NCBI GenBank assembly: GCA_035308565.1
Contig: DATGGK010000207.1
Coordinates: 149 to 64,148 of the forward strand
DNA: 64,000 nt
Direction: 5' to 3'
Source of the DNA: Planctomycetota bacterium
GTDB taxonomy: Bacteria > Planctomycetota > SZUA-567 > H5-PLA8
Part shown: positions 16,801-25,862 of the stretch, piece by piece
Numbering within the stretch: position 1 is the first letter of the stretch
How the letters are laid out: every line of letters starts with the position of its first letter
The notes under the pieces: generated by a model
Told to the model about the DNA's origin: nothing
Seen by the model: only the letters and a program-made list of their open reading frames with translations
Database searches by the model: none
Made by a program: the position numbers and the translations under genes

Positions 16801-17463
16801 TTCGAAAAGCCCGCGCAGCAGCGGATCGTCCGGCAAATTCGGCGGCGGCGTCACCGCGCTTTCGAACGTCCAATACGCCGCGTCGCGCGCGGCCGGCTGC
16901 CCGAGCGCGCGGCCCGTTTCCGCGCATCGAAATCCCACGCGTGCAGTAACCCGCAGTGCAGCATCGTTGCGTGAATCCCCATTTGTGGCGCAGGCATCCT
17001 GCCTGCATTCCGTTGCAGAATTCGAAACCAGCGCAATGTTCAGCGTCGGCCGCGGCGGCTCGTCGAGCACCTCCATCCGGCGCACGCGCCCTTCTTCAAT
17101 CAATTCGCAATTCGACGACGCCTGCCGCAACAGCGCCAGCACGCGCCCAAATTCGCGCGCGCCCGCCGCGTACGCGCCGTTGGCGTCCTGCGGCAATTGT
17201 CTGACCGTGCACAGCAGTAGCGCATCAAGCGGATCCGCGGAGAACGTCGAATTTCCATGACGCAACGCGCCGTCGGCTGTTTGAAGCTTGTCGAGCGGCA
17301 CGCGCGAGTGCGGCGTGCGCGCGTGTATTTGCACCGCCATGCCCGGCCATTGCGCTGCTTCGACAGCCCGGATTTCCAGAGCGAGCGATAATGTTTTTTT
17401 CTCAGCGGTTGTGGCGCACGAAAGGCTTGCGCGTGTCGATTCAGTTGCGGGGACCGGAGGCAT
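13858..17463 (-). CDS. SNF2-family DNA/RNA helicase with long N-terminal region (bacterial SNF2 helicase-associated domain)
   Basis: Helicase motifs DDMGLGKT, DEAHFIKN and QAQDRAYRIGQ are present. Upstream is WFTLSAEFDHGG...NGTWIRIDKNAL, as in the PF12419-type domain. ATG 17463 is preferred over TTG 17502. The ORF contains three REP-like insertions in frame. Confidence 0.85.
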   Translation of the reverse strand: MPPVPATESTRASLSCATTAEKKTLSLALEIRAVEAAQWPGMAVQIHARTPHSRVPLDKLQTADGALRHGNSTFSADPLDALLLCTVRQLPQDANGAYAAGAREFGRVLALLRQASSNCELIEEGRVRRMEVLDEPPRPTLNIALVSNSATECRQDACATNGDSRNDAALRVTARVGFRCAETGRALGQPAARDAAYWTFESAVTPPPNLPDDPLLRGLFEKSCADAAEFVGIVALDLLCRARANANRISVHVDPAIAALSINFEPLREKICVGFDENDEIELVRELFTQTGKPVPYPVAPASRLHDSNEDSCRRDACTTGLEWLEINGVRHRLPIKFSGHALVESLPPELPRVNPNQSRHKIADDDIPAFVLNVLPKLKNLGAKVDGEIENIGICLTLKPALHIEADDEDGVESVRASFHFEPAAPFRKSDSISSPRLCVSAKEKIEITPIEILAAAAEGRKYIRRGNDFFRVDRELVASSRKKLEDAGSATAGEFDARGEQIPKLLAWARDAAHDEHTPWNCYIAEHVAGAHKIKDEPAAIRVKLDVDEEDGKDAWFTLSAEFDHGGVTLSEEELRKLAEEGREWFLKNGTWIRIDKNALKKFDASLSRTALRAVEDERSLFNRHARRRAFYRFRPAERERVISVFSIAGSVEHNERYRKFLDQLMGFEAIQALPLPKALTLTPRPYQQKGFEWLAFLARYGLNGVLADDMGLGKTAQTIAQLTRMKEEFGSMPSLIVTPTSLADNWRAEFEKFSPQMRVMIYRGSPSRRDKLRSEILVSSLGRDAAVHPSPLGGEGPGVRGGFDVVIATLGTVRNDASLLREIAWRYVIVDEAHFIKNSAAGVAKAIKTIPAQHRLALTGTPIQNRLGELWSLFDFLMPGFLGRQAHFAQQFEEPILRMQSGRAESDEEYETGKNAADRLREKIFPFVLRRLKTDVATDLPPKIESDIFCPLTPEQTSLYTNFGESDEAKRAVSEIVEKGDGSSPAILAALMGLRKICNHPDLLYLPKDGRRQHVAEPIPGYESRSGKLEVLGELLEECREGGHRALIFCQLVSMLDILAHFVTKNGFKFMRIDGETPGQSRQKLVEQFNADATIDTFLISTRAGGAGLNLTGADTVIFYDHDWNPANDQQAQDRAYRIGQTRTVNVYRLICKGTLEEKILRRQALKRALANSIVTHDVAGVKDLSREELLSLFTLGR
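15053..15091. repeat. REP-like element, family B, inside the SNF2 CDS
   Basis: cccctcacccccggcccctctcccccaaggggagagggg is translated in frame on the minus strand as ...HPSPLGGEGPGVRGG... It closely matches 28513-28551. Confidence 0.85.
16502..16572. repeat. REP-like element, family A (71-nt inverted-repeat pair), inside the SNF2 CDS
   Basis: cccgtggtgcaggcgtctcgtctgcacgaatc...gaatcgtgcaggcgggacgccggcgccacggg is translated in frame as ...VAPASRLHDSNEDSCRRDACTTG... Confidence 0.85.
16983..17010. repeat. REP-like element, family A single unit, inside the SNF2 CDS
   Basis: ttgtggcgcaggcatcctgcctgcattc is translated in frame as ...ECRQDACATNG... Confidence 0.7.
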
Positions 17464-17746
17464 GATGCGTGTTGAAAAGAGAATCCTCAGTAGAAGGCGC
17501 AAAAAGTGTTATCGCTGGCGGAAAAAGCAAACAGCCCGTTGAAAAATCGAATTCCCCGGCGATGCCGGGGCCACTGCGATTTATCAAAGGGCTGTCGAAG
17601 CTCTATCGTCAAATAACCGTAACCAATTTACAAAAAGCGCGTCTTATTTTTCGGAATTAAACGTCTATAAAAAGGCAAGTTGCCGCGGTTCAAGAATTAA
17701 GATTGCGTAAGGAGCAATTGGAGCGGCGGCACTCTCGCCGCCGTTC

Positions 17747-20700
17747 TTGGTTGCTCTGCGGCGAATTCAGGTTAAGTTGCGAATACGTTGTTGGCGGCGA
17801 GGTCCTGATTTGAAATCGATTCGCGTGTTGTTTTTCGTGCTCGTGCCGGTGCTCGCGCTCAGCGTGTTCGCATTTTTCGGCACCCGCTACGCCATACAAT
17901 TTTTCAAACCCGCGCTCCGCCCCGTCGCGCCGCCCGACGTGATTCGCGAAGCGCGGCGGCCCAACAACGGCATTCAATATCCTCAGCCGCCAAAAGCCGG
18001 CGGCGATACAAAAGCCGATGAGCCGCACATCGGAGTCAACCCGCCCGATGTCCCAAAAGCCAAAATCGGCGAGATTCATTTTGCCGACGACGCCGCGTAT
18101 AAGAAAAGCGATTTTTGGCTGGAACAGGAATTCGAACTCGTCGGCGACGCAAACCGCGACGGCAAAACGTTCGTGAAACTCTTCGCCGGCCTCGACGAAA
18201 AAACGCTGCGCAGCATCAGCGTAACCGTCTCCGGCTGGGAAGCGGTGCTGACGCTCGACGAAGGAAAAGAAGGCGCGAAGAAAGAACTGGCGCGCGCCAA
18301 ACTCCCGAAATTTCCCGCCGGCAAATACGATCTGGGCGTGCTTTGGCGCAGCGGTGAATTAAGCGCGTGGATCGGACCCGCGGAAGTGTTGGAATATTGC
18401 CCGCCCGACCGCCCAGCGGCCGAATCGATTTTGAAACTCGACAGTGCCGCGCAAGTTCTCAGCGAAAACGTGAACCTCGGCCCGCGCCATGCAGTCGCAT
18501 TCAACACCATTCGCTTCGACGATAATTTCATGCGCACCGCACCCAACGATGTTTGGAAGCCCGCCGCCGGGCGTTGGGAAATGACCGCGATGGCCTTCGC
18601 CGAACGCAGCGCCAACCCATTCTCGCTGCGTTGCGCCTTCGATGGAAAAAAGCCGTTCGACGACGACGAGATATTCGGCAAAGGCAAGCGCGAACGCGGC
18701 GAGGAATACGGCATTGGCGTGCAGCTTTCGTTCGCCGAAGGCACGCCGCATATCGTGCGCATCACCGGCGGTTCGCCCGCGGCTCATGCGGGTTTGGCGG
18801 AGGACGATATTTTTGTCGAAGTCAACGGCCGCGCCGTCGGCTCGGGAAACACGATGAGCCTATACCAGCAGCTCATGATGGGCGCCGGCGATCTGCGGCT
18901 GAAGATGTACCGCCCCGGCGACAAATCGTTCCACGAATACACAATCACGCGCGAGGCGTACAAGTGGGGCGTGGTGATCGAAGGCGAGCCGATTGCCCCG
19001 GTCCTGCCGCCCTCTATTAATAGTGGCGACGAATACGCGCTGATCATGGCCGGCGAGCAGGGCTGGAGCGATTACGAAGCCGAAGTTGCCGTCAAGCCGC
19101 TCGGCGGCGGCGGATTTGGCCTCGCGGTCGCGGCGCTCTCGGAGAAAGATTACGTGCTCTTCCGCTGGCGTGGCCCGCTTGCGCGTGGCGAAACCGGCAC
19201 CGGCAAAACCAACGTGCTGCAATTGGTCCGCGTCAAAGACGGCAAAGAAACCGTGCTCGCCGAAAAGCCCGCGCACTATCGCCCCTATGAATTTTATCGC
19301 GTCGGCGTCAATTGGAGCGGCGATAAAATCAGTTGTCTCATCGACAAAAACGAAATGCTGAGCGCATCCGTGCCCGACGCGAAGCGCGGCAAAGTCGCGC
19401 TGTACGCGCTCAAAGGCGATCCGGTGTTTTTCGATGACGTGCACGTCACCGGCGATCGCAGCGTGACCGCGGCGTGGCATTTGGCGGAGCGCTCGCTGAA
19501 CGAAATCTTCGCGTTCGAAGACGACATGGAAATCTGGGCCAATCCCGCGCTCGAATGGGAACGCGATATCAAAACCGGCTGGTCGATTCACAACCAGCGC
19601 TTCCCCGGCGATCAAGGCATTTCGATTTCGAAGCCGCGTTTCAAAGATTTGGAAGTCGCGCTCTTCTGCGGCGACGATCCCGAAGCGCCGAATTGCCCGC
19701 GCCTCACGATTCGCAACGGCGTCGCGGAGATTTCTGGAAATGGTTTGGTTCGTCGAAGCCTCAGCGTGGGCGCGGGACCGTTCCAGCACGTCGGCGTTAA
19801 CGCTGGCAGTTTCGGCGCGCGCGCGACCATCGACGGCAAGAAACTCGAAACCGAGTGGGACCCGATCAAGCCGCACTTCGGCATGCCCGGCGTAAAAATG
19901 AGCGGCGAACGCGTCGCGATTCGCGGCCTGAAAAATCTCGGCGAACCCTCCGCCGTGCGCGTGACTTCGACGGGCACGATGGAGTACACCTTCGACAACG
20001 CGCCCAGCGATTGGAAAGTGTTGAGCGGGCGATGGGGTCTGCTCAACAAATGGATTTGCGATCCGCGCTGGTCGTGGTTCGGCGGGCGCACGAAAACAGT
20101 CGCGGCGATTTGGAACAAGCACATCTTCTCCGGCGACATCAGCGTGGACGCGCACGTGGCGCTGCTGATGGTCCGCGACGATCCGCCGTACGAGCGGCCC
20201 GGCGATCACAACATCACCATCTGCGGCGACGGCGTAAATTTGGATTCCGGCTACACGCTGATTTTCGGCGGTGACATCAACAGTTGGACGCGCCTGTATC
20301 GCAAAGGAAAACTCGTTGCTGAAGCAACGCACGAAGACTATCGCATCTTCAGCGACCGCATTCGACATCCGGACAAGCCGCAACTGCATCAGCGCTGGTT
20401 TCATTTGAAGCTTGAAAAAATTGGCAGCGCGATTTCGTTTTACCGCGACGGCCTGAAAGCGTTCACCTTCACCGATCCCGATCCGCTGCCCGACGGCCGC
20501 GTGGCGTTCTGGACTTTTGACAACAGTTTCCTGCTCTCGCGCCTGCGCATTGCTCACGGCGGCGCGCGCCCCGCGCCGTTTGAAGATGGGCGTAGCGCCC
20601 TGTTTGAAGACAGCAAAGCGATCAACATGTTCGACGGCGAAACGCCGACGGCGATGGCGCGCGAGGAACTGCCGAAAGCGATCGCCGATTCGCTCACCAC

Positions 20701-23700
20701 GCCAGCAAATGTCTTTCGCAGCGCCACGGCCGAACCGATTCCGCTGGTGCCGGAGAAGCAGTGGCCAGCCGACGAAGCCGATCCAAAAGCGCCGGCGGTG
20801 GCGCATGCCTACCACGTTACCAACGGCATCGGCGGGGGGCCGTTCGCGCTGCAATTCAAGTCGCGGATGATTGACGTCGAGCGCGAGGGCGTGGTGCGAT
20901 TCGCGTACCGCATCGATCCGGGGACGCTGATCGATTTTTATCTGGTTCCCGCGGGCCAAGGAGATTTCAATCCGCGCCATCAGAATAGCTTCCGCTGGCG
21001 CATGAGCGGCCCGAAGGACGATAATTCCGGAACGCTCTCCGAGGAATTTGCGCCGATGGTCGGCGAAATTCCCGGCGTCGTCGCCGACGGCAAATGGCAC
21101 ACGGTTCAAGTTGATCTCGAACCGTCGTGGCGCGATTTTTGGAAAAGCCGGGGCCGCGCGTTCCCTATACGCCTGGCGCTGCGGCCCATGTTTGGCAATT
21201 TGTGCAATCAAGGCTATTTGCTCGCGGGCATGAACGGCAATCACGCAGGCGCGACGTATTCGGCAACTGAAGTAAAGCCGATGACGCCGCAGGAGAGTGT
21301 CACCGATTTGCCGAAAATCGCGCGCGCGGTGTGGCCGTTCGACGCGGACGGCGACGGCCATTCGGTCGCGGTTTATTTCGACGATCCGGGCGGGTCAGGC
21401 ATTCTGCCGGAGACCGTGCGCGTTTCCATTAATGGAGCGCTTGTGCCAAACGAGTTGCAGCAGCCCAACAGCGCATTGTCGTACGGTGCGATGGCGCGCT
21501 GCCTGCGGATCGATCTGCTAAAACTGCGTGACGCGGGCGTGCCGTTTCCTCCGGCGATGAAGGACGGCGACAAATTTGCTCTGAAAATCGAGCCGAATTA
21601 CAGCGACCGCGCGGGCAATTCGAACACGCCTGGATTCACTTCGGAATGGATTTTCAACGCGGAGCTTGCGCGCAAAGCGAACAAGCCGGTCATTGCGCCC
21701 CCGCTTGTTTTGAAGCGCGCGGGCTCAACGGATTTCCTTCCCGGCAGCGGCGCGTTGAATCTTTCGGACACGACGCTGCGCACGGGCGAGCAAATCACGA
21801 CGCGCGTCCAAGCGTCGGACGACGCGCCGCCCTGGGCGCCGCCGGGGCAGACGCGCAGCGTGGAAGTGGTCGCGACCGGTGAATTGCCGGCGATGGGTTT
21901 CGATTTGCGCGGCGTGCGCTACGATTTGCAGAACTATCCATACCTCGACATCGAATACAAAGTGCCGCGCGAGACGCCGTTCAATCTGCATTTGAGCGAC
22001 GAGAACGGCGCGATGCACGCGCTGCTGTTGGTCGATCTGGAAGACGGGCGCGACAGCACATCCGGCGATATTCAAAGCCGCTTTGGCCCGCCGGCGGATT
22101 TTGTTGCGGACGGCACATGGCGGCGTTCGACGGTGCCGCTGCTAAAACTGTTCACCGATGCCAACGGCGGACCGAACCGCGGATTTTCGACGAACATCAT
22201 CGGCATGAGCCTGCACGACAACGGCTGGCGCGGCGGGCGGCGCGGGCTGCATTATTGGATTCATCGCATTCGTCCGATTCCAGCGGGGCGGCCCGCGGAC
22301 ATCATGGTTTCGTGGGCGCCGTCGGACATCACCGGCATCGCCGACGTCGAGACGAGTGTGGACGATTCGCCGACGGGCGATCCGAGTGGCAAACATGAAC
22401 TTGAGTTTTCGAAGACGCTGGCGCAGTCGCTCGCGAAGAGCGGCAAGACGCTCAAGGATGGCTGGAACTACGTTCATCTGCGCGCGAAAAACAACGCGGG
22501 CGTGTGGTCGCAATCCGAGCACGCGAAATTTTATCTCGACACAACGCCGCCGCGCATCGTCAAAACCGAACCGCCCGACGGCGGCAAACTCTCCGGCCAG
22601 ACCGTCCGTATTTTCCTCGACGAACCGCACAGCATCGATTTCAGCGCTGTGACGGTGACGATCGACGGACAAGCCGTGCAGCAGTTCATGAATTTCGATT
22701 CGGAAACGGGCGTGCTGACGTTCAACGCGCTGAGTGCGGGCTTGCAATTTACGCCGGGGACGAAATCGAAAGTCGAGATTAATGGCCTTGCCGACAAGCT
22801 CGGCAACAAACAAACGGCGCCGTACACGTTCAGCTTCGATTGCGACAACAAACCCGGCGGCGCGAAAGGCCCGGAGATGAAAGCGGTGGCGTATGCGGCC
22901 GCAACCGAGCACGCCGGATACTACCGGCAGTACGACATGGAATTGAGCTTTGGATTGAGTTTTGAAGAATACGTCGGGCATGTGCACGCGATGCGCGATT
23001 GCAAAATGGAGTGGCTCAACGAACCCGCGCTGGCCGCCGAGGGCAACCGCGCGCTGCGTTTTACGTGCGTGCAGGACGACGGCGACCCGCAGATCATGAT
23101 GCACAAAAATCCGTGGTTCATCGACAGGCTGCCGCTGCTGAATTTCGAATACAAATGCGACCCGGGATTCAAAGTCGATTTGCAGATTGAATCGTTCGGC
23201 GTCTGGTACTCGATCCGCTTTACGGGCACGGGGCACGCGCCGAACGAAGGCAAAAACATCGGCGCGATTCCGGGCGTGATTCCCGACGGCACGTGGCGGC
23301 ACGCGAGCGTCGATTTGCGCGCGCTGCTGGACGCGGCCGGCGTGCGCATGCCGGAACGCATCGTGGACAAGATTGTATTCAGCGCCAACGGCGAAGACGG
23401 CAACGTGCGCGGCGCAACGCTGAGCATCGACAATTTCGACATGACGCCGCCGGCCGGCGGATATTGGCGCAACGTCGAACCGATGTTGAAATGGTCGGCG
23501 GCGAAAGCGCAAAACGAAATCGGCGGCTACGCCGTCGTGGTCGATCAAATTCCCACGACAATTCCCAAGCCGGAGGTGACACACCGCGACACCGGCGAGC
23601 GCATGGTCGGGCGGACGGGTGTGTGGTACGCGCACGTGCGCGCGTGCGATCAAGCCGGCAATTGGGGCGGCGACAAAACCATCCGCATCGACTTCGGCCA

Positions 23701-23746
23701 GCAAAACGCGCGCGTGCCACGCTTCTTTCAGCAGGACGACAATTGA
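17747..23746 (+). CDS. giant membrane-anchored surface protein (PDZ, LamG/ConA-like, SbsA-type Ig domains)
   Basis: 1999-aa ORF with no ATG near the 5' end. Candidate starts are TTG 17747 or TTG 17810 (LKSIRVLFFVLVPVLALSVFAFFG is the TM anchor). The PDZ segment is HIVRITGGSPAAHAGLAEDDIFVEVNGRAV. LamG-like segments are present. An Ig-like segment reads TTPPRIVKTEPPDGG...VTVTIDGQ. Confidence 0.75.
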   Translation: MVALRRIQVKLRIRCWRRGPDLKSIRVLFFVLVPVLALSVFAFFGTRYAIQFFKPALRPVAPPDVIREARRPNNGIQYPQPPKAGGDTKADEPHIGVNPPDVPKAKIGEIHFADDAAYKKSDFWLEQEFELVGDANRDGKTFVKLFAGLDEKTLRSISVTVSGWEAVLTLDEGKEGAKKELARAKLPKFPAGKYDLGVLWRSGELSAWIGPAEVLEYCPPDRPAAESILKLDSAAQVLSENVNLGPRHAVAFNTIRFDDNFMRTAPNDVWKPAAGRWEMTAMAFAERSANPFSLRCAFDGKKPFDDDEIFGKGKRERGEEYGIGVQLSFAEGTPHIVRITGGSPAAHAGLAEDDIFVEVNGRAVGSGNTMSLYQQLMMGAGDLRLKMYRPGDKSFHEYTITREAYKWGVVIEGEPIAPVLPPSINSGDEYALIMAGEQGWSDYEAEVAVKPLGGGGFGLAVAALSEKDYVLFRWRGPLARGETGTGKTNVLQLVRVKDGKETVLAEKPAHYRPYEFYRVGVNWSGDKISCLIDKNEMLSASVPDAKRGKVALYALKGDPVFFDDVHVTGDRSVTAAWHLAERSLNEIFAFEDDMEIWANPALEWERDIKTGWSIHNQRFPGDQGISISKPRFKDLEVALFCGDDPEAPNCPRLTIRNGVAEISGNGLVRRSLSVGAGPFQHVGVNAGSFGARATIDGKKLETEWDPIKPHFGMPGVKMSGERVAIRGLKNLGEPSAVRVTSTGTMEYTFDNAPSDWKVLSGRWGLLNKWICDPRWSWFGGRTKTVAAIWNKHIFSGDISVDAHVALLMVRDDPPYERPGDHNITICGDGVNLDSGYTLIFGGDINSWTRLYRKGKLVAEATHEDYRIFSDRIRHPDKPQLHQRWFHLKLEKIGSAISFYRDGLKAFTFTDPDPLPDGRVAFWTFDNSFLLSRLRIAHGGARPAPFEDGRSALFEDSKAINMFDGETPTAMAREELPKAIADSLTTPANVFRSATAEPIPLVPEKQWPADEADPKAPAVAHAYHVTNGIGGGPFALQFKSRMIDVEREGVVRFAYRIDPGTLIDFYLVPAGQGDFNPRHQNSFRWRMSGPKDDNSGTLSEEFAPMVGEIPGVVADGKWHTVQVDLEPSWRDFWKSRGRAFPIRLALRPMFGNLCNQGYLLAGMNGNHAGATYSATEVKPMTPQESVTDLPKIARAVWPFDADGDGHSVAVYFDDPGGSGILPETVRVSINGALVPNELQQPNSALSYGAMARCLRIDLLKLRDAGVPFPPAMKDGDKFALKIEPNYSDRAGNSNTPGFTSEWIFNAELARKANKPVIAPPLVLKRAGSTDFLPGSGALNLSDTTLRTGEQITTRVQASDDAPPWAPPGQTRSVEVVATGELPAMGFDLRGVRYDLQNYPYLDIEYKVPRETPFNLHLSDENGAMHALLLVDLEDGRDSTSGDIQSRFGPPADFVADGTWRRSTVPLLKLFTDANGGPNRGFSTNIIGMSLHDNGWRGGRRGLHYWIHRIRPIPAGRPADIMVSWAPSDITGIADVETSVDDSPTGDPSGKHELEFSKTLAQSLAKSGKTLKDGWNYVHLRAKNNAGVWSQSEHAKFYLDTTPPRIVKTEPPDGGKLSGQTVRIFLDEPHSIDFSAVTVTIDGQAVQQFMNFDSETGVLTFNALSAGLQFTPGTKSKVEINGLADKLGNKQTAPYTFSFDCDNKPGGAKGPEMKAVAYAAATEHAGYYRQYDMELSFGLSFEEYVGHVHAMRDCKMEWLNEPALAAEGNRALRFTCVQDDGDPQIMMHKNPWFIDRLPLLNFEYKCDPGFKVDLQIESFGVWYSIRFTGTGHAPNEGKNIGAIPGVIPDGTWRHASVDLRALLDAAGVRMPERIVDKIVFSANGEDGNVRGATLSIDNFDMTPPAGGYWRNVEPMLKWSAAKAQNEIGGYAVVVDQIPTTIPKPEVTHRDTGERMVGRTGVWYAHVRACDQAGNWGGDKTIRIDFGQQNARVPRFFQQDDN

Positions 23747-23777
23747 CACTCACGCCATTTATGAAAAGCGTTGTATA

Positions 23778-24389
23778 ATGCGCGACATGCCGGGCGCGCG
23801 CGAATCCAAAAAACCGCTGCTGATTGCGCTGGCCGCATTGTTCTTTCTGGCCTGCGGCGGCTGCGGCATCGGCGCGCTGCTCTGGTCCGCGTTGCGCCAC
23901 AAACAAACGCCCAGCGCGTCGGCGCCAACGCAGCAGCGCAAGCCGGTTAAAGATCAACGCATCGAATTGGGTTATTCGGAGAAGGCCGAGAAGGAAAGCA
24001 ACGCGAGGCGCGGCGACTCGCCATCCCGAAGTTTTGACAGAGAACAGAACGACGCGCCGCCGCTTGCGCCGAACACGCTTTTTCCCGGCGGCAAATTTCC
24101 CGCGGGCTACACGCTCGACGCAACCTGCCGCGGTTTTATAAAAGGCGCTCCGCTAAGTTTGAAATTTCAGCCGAACGGCGCGTTCGTTGTCACGGGCGAT
24201 GTCGGATTGAAGAATTCCAATCCACGCACGAACGATTCGGACGGAACGTATCGCATCGAAGGCAATACACTGTCGCTGAAATTCAATAACGGCGAGAGCC
24301 GCGAGTTGGCAATCAAGCCGTTCGAAGTTTATAAAGACCCGCCGCTGTCGGTGTTGATTGACGGGGAGATATTCGAGTTGAGCAAGTAG
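23778..24389 (+). CDS. membrane-anchored hypothetical protein
   Basis: The ATG at 23778 precedes the TM segment KKPLLIALAALFFLACGGCGIGALLW. The longer track ORF from 23619 overlaps the end of the giant gene and is rejected. Confidence 0.55.
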   Translation: MRDMPGARESKKPLLIALAALFFLACGGCGIGALLWSALRHKQTPSASAPTQQRKPVKDQRIELGYSEKAEKESNARRGDSPSRSFDREQNDAPPLAPNTLFPGGKFPAGYTLDATCRGFIKGAPLSLKFQPNGAFVVTGDVGLKNSNPRTNDSDGTYRIEGNTLSLKFNNGESRELAIKPFEVYKDPPLSVLIDGEIFELSK

Positions 24390-24406
24390 ATCAAGGTGGA
24401 TCGCCG

Positions 24407-25759
24407 ATGCCATTTGAGCCGCTTGGATTTTCGCCATTGGTTGCCGCGGTCGCGCACGCGCCCGATGTGGAGCGCACGCTGCTGAAAGTGCTGATCCAAT
24501 TCGCGCTGATTCTGGCGTGCGCGCGCGTGTTCGCGATTGCCTTTCGCAAACTGGGCCAGCCCAGCGTGGTGGGCGAGACGGCGGCGGGGCTGGCGCTGGG
24601 GCCGTCGCTCTTCGGGCATTTCTTTCCGAGCGCATCGACGGCGATTTTCGACCCGAGCATCGATCAAGTCTTCAAAATGTTCAGCCAGTTGGGCCTGATT
24701 CTGCTGCTGTTCATGGTCGGCCTCGAATTCGATTTTTCGCATCTGAAGAAACATGGGCGTTCGTCGCTGCTGATTTCGCTGGCGGGAATTGCGCTGCCGT
24801 TCGGGCTGGGCTGGCTGCTGGCGCGTCGCCTGCACGCAAGTCTGGCGCTCGACGTGCCGCTGACGGGCTTCGCGCTGTTCATGGGCACGGCGATGTCGAT
24901 CACCGCCATTCCGGTGCTGGCGCGGATCATGATGGAACTCAACATCACGCCCACTCGTCTTGGCGCGATCACCATCACAGCCGCGGCGATCGACGACGCG
25001 ACCGGCTGGATCATGCTGGCGTCGGTGAGCGCCGTCGTGAATTCGTCCTTCGCGCCGATGAAAACCGCGCTGATGGCGCTGGAAACGATCGCCTTCGCCG
25101 CGTTCGTGATCTTTGTGCTCAAACCGCCGCTGGCGCGCTTGCTGCGGCGCTCGTTGCAGAGAAATAGAAAGCTGAGCGTCAACTGGCTGGCGGCGATTTT
25201 CGTGATTCTTTTCCTGTGCGCCATCGCCACGAACCTGATCGGCATCTTCGCAATCTTCGGCGCGTTTTTGTTCGGTGCGGCGCTTTCGACGGAACACGAT
25301 TTCAACGAAGCCATCGCCGAGCGAATCCGCGATCTGGTGACAGCGCTGTTCCTGCCGATTTTTTTTGCGTACACGGGATTGCGCACGGAAATCGGCGCGC
25401 TGAATTCCAGCGTGCTGTGGCTGTCCGCTGCGATGATCAGCGCGTGCGCGATTCTCGGCAAATTCGGCGGCTGCACGGCAGCCGCGCGCGTCAGTGGATT
25501 CAACTGGCGCGAATCGAGCTGCATTGGCGCGATGATGAACACACGCGGCTTGATGGAATTGATCGTGATCAACGCCGGCTACGAGTTGGGCGTGATCCCG
25601 AAGAACATTTTCTGCATGCTGGTGCTCATGGCCATCGTCACGACCGTGATGACCGTGCCCCTGCTGCTGCGGATCATGCGCGGCACTGAATTGGAACCGT
25701 GGATCAGCCAATCGAGTTTTGTGGCGCAGGAAGCAGCGGTGGTTGCCGATTCGGAGTAA
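24407..25759 (+). CDS. cation:proton antiporter (CPA2 / Na_H_Exchanger family)
   Basis: 450-aa polytopic protein. The N-terminus LLKVLIQFALILACARVFAIAFRKLGQPSVVGETAAGLALGPS is typical of KefB/NapA-type exchangers. Confidence 0.8.
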   Translation: MPFEPLGFSPLVAAVAHAPDVERTLLKVLIQFALILACARVFAIAFRKLGQPSVVGETAAGLALGPSLFGHFFPSASTAIFDPSIDQVFKMFSQLGLILLLFMVGLEFDFSHLKKHGRSSLLISLAGIALPFGLGWLLARRLHASLALDVPLTGFALFMGTAMSITAIPVLARIMMELNITPTRLGAITITAAAIDDATGWIMLASVSAVVNSSFAPMKTALMALETIAFAAFVIFVLKPPLARLLRRSLQRNRKLSVNWLAAIFVILFLCAIATNLIGIFAIFGAFLFGAALSTEHDFNEAIAERIRDLVTALFLPIFFAYTGLRTEIGALNSSVLWLSAAMISACAILGKFGGCTAAARVSGFNWRESSCIGAMMNTRGLMELIVINAGYELGVIPKNIFCMLVLMAIVTTVMTVPLLLRIMRGTELEPWISQSSFVAQEAAVVADSE

Positions 25760-25862
25760 ATTTGGCGCAAGCTTTGCGAAAGCGTTTTACGGATTGATTT
25801 TCTTCATTTGTGGATAGTTCGGATACAATTGGGAAACTCGAAGTCCTTTTGGAAACGAAACC

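Noticed and set aside
13858-17463. SNF2 helicase as the core of a phage-defence system (DISARM/Zorya-like).
   Set aside because: No adjacent methyltransferase, nuclease, DUF1998, PLD or Zor-type genes are present. The N-terminal domain resembles the common bacterial SNF2-associated domain found in stand-alone housekeeping-type helicases.
18860-21361. 833-aa minus-strand ORF. Similar shadow ORFs occur at 22142-23749, 4614-5912, 9227-10330, 24329-25711, 44705-46048, 49979-51004, 52685-53929 and 41427-42428.
   Set aside because: All lie antisense to ORFs with clear domain signatures. They have Arg/Ala/Gly-rich compositions characteristic of GC-rich antisense frames. I treat them as non-coding.
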